DNA from: Xylanibacter ruminicola 23
GTDB lineage: Bacteria > Bacteroidota > Bacteroidia > Bacteroidales > Bacteroidaceae
DNA length: 32,000 nucleotides
Assembly: GCF_000025925.1 (NCBI RefSeq)
Contig: NC_014033.1
Span: 120,001 to 152,000, forward strand
Direction: 5' to 3'
Shown one piece after another: positions 9,952-15,926 of the stretch. Under the pieces are notes generated by a model that was given only the letters and a program-made list of their open reading frames with translations, ran no database searches and had not been told where the DNA came from. Position 1 is the stretch's first letter. Each line of letters starts with the position of its first letter. Made by a program: the position numbers and the translations under genes.

Positions 9952-9991
9952 AGCGGGAGCTTCATGGGTGGAGCTCCCGCTGTTGTGTTTT
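9952..9991. terminator. Perfect 10-bp hairpin followed by a T-run; possible second or bidirectional terminator
   Basis: AGCGGGAGCT-(10 nt loop)-AGCTCCCGCT, then GTTGTGTTTTT. It lies directly 3' of the minus-strand small gene. Confidence 0.4.
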
Positions 9992-10334
9992 TACGGTTGG
10001 GTGACTAGGGCGAAGAGGGTTTCGCGGAAGCCTTGCAGGAAGATGGGGGGCTCGTTGGGGAAGGCTTCTTGGAAGTCGTGCTCCAGACTGTCGAGAACCT
10101 TGGCTATCAGTTGCCATTTCTGATAGGAACTGAGTCCGGGCTTCTGCAGGAAGTAACGGAGCACTACATAGCCCTGCCAAAGGGCTATTACACTGCTTTC
10201 GCTTTTAAAAAACGGTCCCGTGTCTTGCGACCAACATGGACATACTCGAGGTTACGCACAGTGGCCTGCGCGTCGTTGTCAATCATGCCTTTAATCAAGG
10301 CACGAAATGACGGTGTTGTCATCATTTTCTTCAT
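9991..10334 (-). pseudogene. Small hypothetical protein (~114 aa if repaired), split by a 1-nt deficit in a T6A4 homopolymer
   Basis: The minus-strand ATG at 10334 reads MKKMMTTPSFRALIKGMIDNDAQATVRNLEYVHVGRKTRDRFLKAKAV*. The -1 frame continues ...FFKSESSVIALWQGYVVLRYFLQKPGLSSYQKWQLIAKVLDSLEHDFQEAFPNEPPIFLQGFRETLFALVTQP* and ends at 9991. The span is 344 nt = 3n+2. One extra T or A in the run at plus-strand 10203-10212 restores a single ORF. Confidence 0.5.
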
Positions 10335-10410
10335 TGTATTTGTTAAATGTAGTTTAATTTGTGTCCCCCTAATGGAGCACAAACGGAGCGCAAAGTAACT
10401 GCTTTTTTCT

Positions 10411-10418
10411 TATATTTG
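10411..10418 (+). promoter_or_regulatory. Bacteroidetes-type -7 promoter box (TAnnTTTG) for the ATPase/primase genes
   Basis: TATATTTG lies 64 nt upstream of the ATG at 10482. I saw no clear -33 TTTG. Confidence 0.4.
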
Positions 10419-10481
10419 CGCCATCAGACCATAACTCAACTGTATTTTTTACATCATTTAATCATTAACATCTTAACAATT

Positions 10482-11645
10482 ATGCAGAACCTAAAAAATG
10501 TGGTGTTTAATCCAGATGTGGGGCATCTGATTCGTGGCGAGCTTTGGCTGGCAGGCATTTCCTGTGAGCAGGAACAACGACTGAAGCAGCTGGAGCAGCG
10601 ACGTATTACACCAATCACCAAGTTACGGCCGATGGAGTTCCTGTTCCGCTTGTCGGGTAAGCCCTGCTTTGCCCGTGGCGAACTAACAGGACTATCTGGT
10701 AAGGCCAAGAGCGGTAAGACATTTGTTTCGAGTATCTTGATGGCACTATGCTTTTGCAACCAGTTGCTCTCCGTAGAGCGGATCGAGCAGAAAAAGCTGC
10801 ACGTGTTGTGGTATGATACCGAGCAGAGCGAAGAGTCGACGCAAGACATCCTCAAGCATCGTATCATACCACTCACAGGCATACCCGAAGACCGGTTCCC
10901 GATGGAGCAGATGGATGTGTTTAACGTGCGTGGCGAGCCCATGAATGAACGCTTAGGCCTATTGGAGCTGTTGGTGATGCGCTATCAGCCCGACCTGGTG
11001 GTGCTGGATGGTATTCGCGACCTGGTGGCGGATATTAACGATGGCGTGGTGGCTCAGGACACCATCGAACGGTTGATGCGCCTGGCATCGGAAAACCACT
11101 GTGCCATCGTGTGCGTGCTGCACCAGAACAAGAGTCAGGAGGACAAAAACCTGAGTGGTTGGATTGGTACAGAACTGAAGAACAAGGCCTTCGAGGTGTA
11201 CGAGTGTTCCAAGAACTCGGAGCATATCTTTACGTGGGGACAAACGGATACACGCAAATACACCATCCCGACACCATTGCAGTTTGCTGTGAATGATGAC
11301 GGACTGCCGTATCAATGCAGCCACGAGCAGCTACTGGAGGCGCAGTTCCGCAGTCAGCAGAAGATGGTCGATAAATTGCAGGGCTCGAACAAACTGCCCG
11401 ATATGAATCCGAAGTACGTACACAAGGAAGGCCGTAAACATGTGTTCGACGTAAAACAGCTGTTTATCGATATCATGCAACCCGGACTGGTATATTCCGA
11501 GGAGCAACTGAAGCCGCAGATTTTCGATCTGACAGGCGCCATCAAACCTAAATTGCACGATGAGATACTGCAAAAGGCGGTTGAAGAAAACGTGATAGTG
11601 TGTGTAACGAATCCCTTTGGCAAAAAAGAATATGGCCTGCGGTGA
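10482..11645 (+). CDS. RecA-fold AAA ATPase (AAA_25 / RepA-DnaB-like helicase or loader)
   Basis: Walker A GKAKSGKT, Walker B LVVLDGIRDLV, and VCVLHQNKS (sensor-like). I chose the start MQNLKNV at 10482. The listed 10359 start would run through the promoter box and encodes an implausible leader. Confidence 0.8.
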   Translation: MQNLKNVVFNPDVGHLIRGELWLAGISCEQEQRLKQLEQRRITPITKLRPMEFLFRLSGKPCFARGELTGLSGKAKSGKTFVSSILMALCFCNQLLSVERIEQKKLHVLWYDTEQSEESTQDILKHRIIPLTGIPEDRFPMEQMDVFNVRGEPMNERLGLLELLVMRYQPDLVVLDGIRDLVADINDGVVAQDTIERLMRLASENHCAIVCVLHQNKSQEDKNLSGWIGTELKNKAFEVYECSKNSEHIFTWGQTDTRKYTIPTPLQFAVNDDGLPYQCSHEQLLEAQFRSQQKMVDKLQGSNKLPDMNPKYVHKEGRKHVFDVKQLFIDIMQPGLVYSEEQLKPQIFDLTGAIKPKLHDEILQKAVEENVIVCVTNPFGKKEYGLR

Positions 11646-11657
11646 AGCGCTAACGTT

Positions 11658-11702
11658 CCCCACATACTACATTCTCTCTCGTAGAGAGAATTACGTATGG
11701 GG
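11658..11702 (+). promoter_or_regulatory. Long imperfect hairpin between the ATPase and primase genes
   Basis: CCCCACATACTACATTCTCTCT-CGT-AGAGAGAATTACGTATGGGG. The inner stem of 9 bp is perfect and the outer CCCCA/TGGGG clamp pairs. No T-run follows. Confidence 0.4.
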
Positions 11703-11772
11703 ACTTAGCATTCACCTACGGAGGAAGTAAAAATGCAAAAATTGAAAAATGTAAGAATGTAAAAATAAAAAA

Positions 11773-12798
11773 ATGAAATACAATGAATTAGATCTTCAAA
11801 AAATCCGCGAGATGCCCATATTTGATGTATGCTCGAAATTGGGCATTACGCTGAAAGGAAAGGGCAAGATTACCAAACGTACCCTTTGCTGGCACCACAA
11901 CGACAAGCACCCATCAATGCATATCAACAAGGACAAGAACATCTACAAATGCTTTGTTTGTGGCGAGGGCGGCGATGTGATTAAGCTGGTGCAGGAATAC
12001 GAAAATTTAGATTTTCTAGAGGCTTGCGATTGGTTGGTAAAGGAGTTTGATGTGATATTGACAAACCATACTGTTCAAAACCATGTAAAAAGCAAGCCAT
12101 CTGCACCTCCACCACCTATTGTGGTGCCGTTGGATACAGCTTTGGTAACTAAATCCAAAGGTCTGGGTTCCGAGTTTTGCAAAGCAGTGGTGGCTACAGG
12201 CTACCTGAGCGAAGGACAGCTACGAAATGCAGCAGAACGCTATCAGCTAGGCTACTCAAAAGAGGGCGGCGTTATCTTCTGGGAGATTGACCAACAGCAG
12301 CAGGTGCATACCGGCAAGATTATGTATTACCAACCCGATTGCCATCGCGACAAAGAGCATCATCCTACATGGGTGCATACCATCCTGAAACAGCAATTAC
12401 CTGCTGAATACGAACTGCAGCATTGCCTTTTCGGACTGCACCTGCTAAATGAGCGAACAGAACGGGTGGCGATTGTGGAATCGGAGAAAACGGCGGTAAT
12501 TATGTCGGAGAAGTTTACGGATTTTGTATGGTTATCGTGTGGTGGTATGCAGATGCTGAAACCAGAGCTGTTAGCACCATTAGTACAGTATCGCATCATC
12601 ATCTTTCCAGATGCAGATCCTGAGGGCGAAGCATACAAGCAATGGACCGACATCGTAAATGAGGCACAGCGACTTTACCGGTTTCGTTATCCCATTCGCT
12701 TATCGCCATTGCTGGAACAGAAAACTACCAAAGAACAGAAAGAACGCAAAATTGATATAGTAGATTTTTTATTTGAACAAGATGAAAGCCATGTATAA
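11773..12798 (+). CDS. DnaG-like DNA primase (zf-CHC2 plus Toprim)
   Basis: Zinc finger CWHHNDKHPSMHINKDKNIYKCFVCGEGGDVIKLV. Toprim glutamate in VAIVESEKTAVIM and DxD in IIIFPDADPEGE. Confidence 0.8.
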   Translation: MKYNELDLQKIREMPIFDVCSKLGITLKGKGKITKRTLCWHHNDKHPSMHINKDKNIYKCFVCGEGGDVIKLVQEYENLDFLEACDWLVKEFDVILTNHTVQNHVKSKPSAPPPPIVVPLDTALVTKSKGLGSEFCKAVVATGYLSEGQLRNAAERYQLGYSKEGGVIFWEIDQQQQVHTGKIMYYQPDCHRDKEHHPTWVHTILKQQLPAEYELQHCLFGLHLLNERTERVAIVESEKTAVIMSEKFTDFVWLSCGGMQMLKPELLAPLVQYRIIIFPDADPEGEAYKQWTDIVNEAQRLYRFRYPIRLSPLLEQKTTKEQKERKIDIVDFLFEQDESHV

Positions 12799-12961
12799 AT
12801 CAGAACTCGCCAGATTAGCTGGCGTGTCACCCAGAACTTTTCAGCGCTATATGGTTTCTCGCCAAAACGTTCTTGCGACTATGGGCGTAAGTCTTCATGC
12901 TCATCTGCTGCCCCCTCAGGCTGTAAAATACATATGTGATGACTATGGCATAGAAATATGA
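12773..12961 (+). CDS. Small helix-turn-helix protein, DUF4248-like
   Basis: YKSELARLAGVSPRTFQRYM...LLPPQAVKYICDDYG resembles the DUF4248 pattern I recall from Bacteroidales. The true start may be the ATG at 12782 or 12791, which overlaps the primase stop. Confidence 0.6.
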   Translation: MNKMKAMYKSELARLAGVSPRTFQRYMVSRQNVLATMGVSLHAHLLPPQAVKYICDDYGIEI

Positions 12962-13024
12962 ACTTTTTTCAGCCAAATTCGGCCAAAAACAGACAGAAAC
13001 AGACAATGAGTTTTCGAAATGTTG

Positions 13025-13032
13025 TATCTTTG
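13025..13032 (+). promoter_or_regulatory. Bacteroidetes-type -7 box (TATCTTTG) upstream of the repeat array and the HU-like gene
   Basis: It matches TAnnTTTG exactly. A tandem AAACAGACAG/AAACAGACAA (12987-13006) covers the expected -33 region. It implies a ~245-nt leader containing the 22-bp repeats. Confidence 0.4.
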
Positions 13033-13073
13033 TAATCGGTAAGCGAGCCAAGTGATACCGAGTCATCTACGGG

Positions 13074-13206
13074 TCATTGAGACTATCTTTTCGAGTCATT
13101 AAGAGCATCTGAACACCTCATTGAGATAATCCCTTAGGGGGTATAAAGACTATCTGAACGACTCATTAAGACTATCCGGATAGCACGTTAAGATGGTCTC
13201 CTCGCC
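13074..13206. repeat. Six degenerate tandem repeats with a 22-bp period (iteron-like)
   Basis: Units start at 13074, 13096, 13118, 13141, 13163 and 13185: TCATTGAGACTATC.., TCATTAAGAGCATCTGAAC.., TCATTGAGATAATC.., (G)TATAAAGACTATCTGAAC.., TCATTAAGACTATC.., ACGTTAAGATGGTCTC... The core is TCATTRAGAnnATC. The region is non-coding. Confidence 0.7.
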
Positions 13207-13219
13207 AGCCATATACTTT

Positions 13220-13265
13220 CGCTCGGCCTTGCCGCTTTTACAAAGGCGTCAGCCGACTAAAAGAA
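13220..13265 (+). promoter_or_regulatory. Conserved leader element, copy A (upstream of the HU-like gene)
   Basis: CGCTCG-n2-CTTG-n1-CGCTTTTACAAAG-n11-CTAAAAGAA, ending 21 nt before the ATG at 13287. A homologous copy lies at 13947-13990. Confidence 0.55.
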
Positions 13266-13286
13266 ACCATTTAAAATTTTAAAAAC

Positions 13287-13868
13287 ATGAGTCAAAAATT
13301 TATCAAGTCGCAGAACAAGAACAGTTCAAGTCAGGCTTTCGGCAAGTACTTTGCACAGGCCGTGTACGACAACCACTTTGTGGGAACTGAAGAGTTGGCA
13401 GATTTCATCCAGCGCCAGGCTTCAGTGAAGAAGAGTGACATCAAAGCCGTACTTCAGGAGTTGGGTGAGGCCCTGAAGCACTTCTTCGAGATGGGCCAGA
13501 AAATCAAGCTCAACGGTATCGGCATCTTCAAGGTGGGTTCCTCCAGCATCGGTGTAACGAAGCTCGAGGATTGCGGTGCCCAGACCATCACCACTCGCCG
13601 TATTCTGTTCCAGCCCGAGACCAGCCGTGTGGTGGTTGGCCAGGAGAAGAAAGAAGACGGCAGTGTGAAGCAGAAGTACGTAAATGCCATCTCGCTGCTG
13701 AAGGACGTAACCTTCGAGGAAACTCACGACAACGCTATGAACGTAGAAACAGAACCATCGGGTTCGGGCTCATCGAATTCAGGTAACAGTGGTAATACCA
13801 GCGGAGGAGGCAATACCGGTGGCGCTGGAAATAACAATCCCCCCAGCAACGAGCCTATTGGTGATTAA
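13287..13868 (+). CDS. HU/IHF-family (Bacteroidales long type) DNA-binding protein with a Gly/Ser/Asn-rich tail
   Basis: LGEALKHFFEMGQKIKLNGIGIFKVG and RRILFQPE match an HU-like fold. The C-terminal tail is low-complexity: SGSGSSNSGNSGNTSGGGNTGGAGNNN. Confidence 0.85.
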   Translation: MSQKFIKSQNKNSSSQAFGKYFAQAVYDNHFVGTEELADFIQRQASVKKSDIKAVLQELGEALKHFFEMGQKIKLNGIGIFKVGSSSIGVTKLEDCGAQTITTRRILFQPETSRVVVGQEKKEDGSVKQKYVNAISLLKDVTFEETHDNAMNVETEPSGSGSSNSGNSGNTSGGGNTGGAGNNNPPSNEPIGD

Positions 13869-13946
13869 ACCGTAAATCATGGAAGATAGCAGATGTGTCC
13901 GGGGCAAAGCGATACCATCCCGGTGAGAACACTGAAATCAATTCTC

Positions 13947-13990
13947 CGCTCGAACTTGTTCGCTTTTACAAAGCAAAGCGGCTAAAAGAA
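13947..13990 (+). promoter_or_regulatory. Conserved leader element, copy B (upstream of the micro-protein and amidase)
   Basis: CGCTCG-n2-CTTG-n2-CGCTTTTACAAAG-n8-CTAAAAGAA, ending 19 nt before the ATG at 14010. It shares the same blocks, in the same order, as copy A. Confidence 0.55.
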
Positions 13991-14081
13991 TTCTCAATTT
14001 TCAATTGGTATGAACGCAGCCTGCGCATCTGCTTCTTCCTTTTTCATCCATAAACTTTATCCATTAAAAATCGTATTAAAA

Positions 14082-14192
14082 ATGAAAATCAAGTGGTCAA
14101 CAATTAAGCAAATTATCAAGATTGCTGCAACCATCATCACTACTGTAGCTGGTACACTGGCAGTTCAGAGCTGCGGCCCCAGTTTGTTCTAA
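14082..14192 (+). CDS. 36-aa membrane/signal-peptide-like micro-protein (holin-like; resembles the Bacteroidales 'smalltalk' micro-protein family, from memory)
   Basis: MKIKWSTIKQIIKIAATIITTVAGTLAVQSCGPSLF has a basic N-terminus, one hydrophobic helix and a lipobox-like VQSC six residues from the end. The alternative start at 14010 (60 aa) is positioned like the HU start relative to the leader element. The gene ends 15 nt before the amidase. Confidence 0.55.
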   Translation: MKIKWSTIKQIIKIAATIITTVAGTLAVQSCGPSLF

Positions 14193-14207
14193 TTAAACCC
14201 GTAAGTT

Positions 14208-14651
14208 ATGAATAAACAGTTGAAGCCTCTTAAGAAAGTGCTACTGCTTGTAGTGCATTGCACGGCTACCAAGTGTAACCGTCCATTCAGTGTTGAGAAC
14301 CTGATTGCCTGCGGCGAAGCCAAATATGGTCAGTGTTCCTACCATTATTATGTGCGCAGGGATGGTGAGGTAATACCGCTGCTACCAGAAACCGTGCAGG
14401 GGGTACATGCCAGGCATTACAACTACTGCTCGCTCGGCATTGTGTACGAGGGCGGATTGAACGAAAAAGGCCAGGCTTATGATACCCGCACCGAAGCTCA
14501 GAAACATGCGCTCTATGAACTATTGAAGGAACTGACAGGAGAATATCCCCAAGCCCGCATCGTAGGCCATTGCGAACTACCCCATGTAGCCAAGGACTGC
14601 CCCTGCTACCGGCCCAGCTGCGAGTACGCCAATCTCCAGCCCAAGTGCTGA
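14208..14651 (+). CDS. N-acetylmuramoyl-L-alanine amidase (Amidase_2 / T7-lysozyme / PGRP fold)
   Basis: VVHCTAT..., YHYYVRRDGEV, GVHARHYNYCSLGIVYEGG and GHCEL...KDCPC match the zinc-ligand pattern of the family. No signal peptide is present. Confidence 0.85.
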   Translation: MNKQLKPLKKVLLLVVHCTATKCNRPFSVENLIACGEAKYGQCSYHYYVRRDGEVIPLLPETVQGVHARHYNYCSLGIVYEGGLNEKGQAYDTRTEAQKHALYELLKELTGEYPQARIVGHCELPHVAKDCPCYRPSCEYANLQPKC

Positions 14652-14669
14652 AACCTAACGGTTAACACA

Positions 14670-14720
14670 CGCCCCTAAGAAGAACAACGCTCCTTAGGGG
14701 CGTTTTCATGTTTTTTTTGT
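14670..14720 (+). terminator. Rho-independent terminator closing the cassette
   Basis: CGCCCCTAAG-(13 nt)-CTTAGGGGCG perfect 10-bp stem followed by TTTTCATGTTTTTTTT. Confidence 0.7.
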
Positions 14721-14749
14721 CGTTTGACAAGAAGAATGTTGCGTTATAA

Positions 14750-14781
14750 TTTGTATATTTAAAAATTTAGTATTACCTTTG
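14750..14781 (+). promoter_or_regulatory. Bacteroidetes promoter (-33 TTTG, -7 TACCTTTG) for the tandem WecA-like genes
   Basis: TTTG at 14750-14753, a 20-nt spacer, TACCTTTG at 14774-14781, then the ATG at 14811. Confidence 0.5.
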
Positions 14782-14810
14782 CGGCGGATATTAGCAGTGG
14801 AATTTACTAA

Positions 14811-15926
14811 ATGTTATATTACTCAATCATTATACCGCTATTGTTGGCTACCTCTCTGGCACTTTTTATTATCCCACGTATTATTATGGTAAGTGTGAAA
14901 AAAGAACTGATGGGAGAGGAGACAGTAGTGCGTGACGGAAAAATCAGACGAAGGGTTCCCAGATTCGGGGGCGTTTCGCTTTTCCCTATTCTTGTTGTTA
15001 GTGTTGGACTGCCCTTGGCATGCACCTTCTTCCTGAACGACCAGTTCTCGACAAATGCAGAGAATAGCACCTATTTTGTGCAGTTTATGTTGATGATGAC
15101 TGGGCTGACAGCTATGTATATGGTTGGTGTGATGGACGATCTGGTAGGTGTATCGCTCAAGTCGAAACTCGCCATCGAGCTGTTGGCTGCGTTATTAATA
15201 CCTCTGTCGGGTTTGCGTATCGATCATCTGGACGGTTTGTTAGGCTTGTACGAGTTGTCGTCGTGGATTAGTATCCCGCTAACAGTGATAGCTGTGTTGT
15301 ATGTATCGAACACCGTATCGATGCTGGATGATATTGATGGCCTGGCATCGGGAATGGTTATGATTGTTTTTGGCGTGATGGCCGTATTATGCGCGATAGC
15401 CAATCAGTATCTGCTGTTGATGGTATGCGTAGCCATGGTAGGTTTGTTAGTACCATTCCTGTTCCGCAATGTGATGGGATGGCGAGTAGGGTGGCGTAAA
15501 CTCTTCTTTGGTGACACTGGCGGATTGACGATTGGCTATCTGATGGCATTCGTGGTGATTGCCGTGAGCCATATGAGTGGTAAGGAATTGCCAGTTGGGA
15601 TTGGAATGGCCTGCTTTGGTACACTGCTGATACCAATGTTTGACGTGATGCGTGTGGGTATCACCCGACTGGTAAACGGAAGAAATGTGTTTAAGAGTGG
15701 CGATAAAAATCATATACATCACCGACTGATGCTAGCAGGCTTGAAGCCTAGACAGGTATTGGTGGTGGTACTATTGATTACATTCGAGTTCATCTGCCTG
15801 AATATGTGGGGCGTTTGGAATGGATGGAATCTGTCGTTGCTGTTAGTGATTGATGTTTCGGCCTGGTTCCTGATGCAGGTTGTGATTATGTATTATAAAA
15901 ATCGTGCGGGGAGGGACAAATGCTGA
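14811..15926 (+). CDS. WecA/WbpL/MraY-family polyprenyl-phosphate HexNAc-1-phosphate transferase, paralogue 1
   Basis: About 10-11 TM segments. Motifs VMDDLVG, NTVSMLDDIDGLASG, FGDTGGLTIGY and DKNHIHHRL. Confidence 0.85.
   Translation: MLYYSIIIPLLLATSLALFIIPRIIMVSVKKELMGEETVVRDGKIRRRVPRFGGVSLFPILVVSVGLPLACTFFLNDQFSTNAENSTYFVQFMLMMTGLTAMYMVGVMDDLVGVSLKSKLAIELLAALLIPLSGLRIDHLDGLLGLYELSSWISIPLTVIAVLYVSNTVSMLDDIDGLASGMVMIVFGVMAVLCAIANQYLLLMVCVAMVGLLVPFLFRNVMGWRVGWRKLFFGDTGGLTIGYLMAFVVIAVSHMSGKELPVGIGMACFGTLLIPMFDVMRVGITRLVNGRNVFKSGDKNHIHHRLMLAGLKPRQVLVVVLLITFEFICLNMWGVWNGWNLSLLLVIDVSAWFLMQVVIMYYKNRAGRDKC

Noticed and set aside
10033-10398. 121-aa plus-strand ORF
   Set aside because: It runs antisense to the more protein-like, though frameshifted, minus-strand gene and continues through the intergenic region. 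Its composition is implausible.
10359-10481. Upstream extension of the AAA ATPase ORF (listed start 10359)
   Set aside because: The extension contains the TATATTTG promoter box and encodes a non-protein-like leader (FFLYLRHQTITQLYFLHHLIINILTI). The ATG at 10482 is preferred.
12827-13066. 79-aa minus-strand ORF spanning the DUF4248-like gene and the promoter region
   Set aside because: It is antisense to a better-supported gene and crosses the predicted promoter. Its sequence is not protein-like.
13422-13786. Alternative-frame and antisense ORFs over the HU-like gene
   Set aside because: They overlap a gene with clear HU-family features. They are Gly/Arg/Leu-rich artefacts of the moderately GC-rich sense frame.
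9991-14720. Interpretation of the cassette as an intact prophage, ICE or plasmid integration
   Set aside because: The window contains no integrase, recombinase, structural phage, packaging, relaxase or type IV secretion genes. Only replication-type, DNA-binding and lysis-type genes are present, so it is treated instead as a stand-alone cassette of unknown role.
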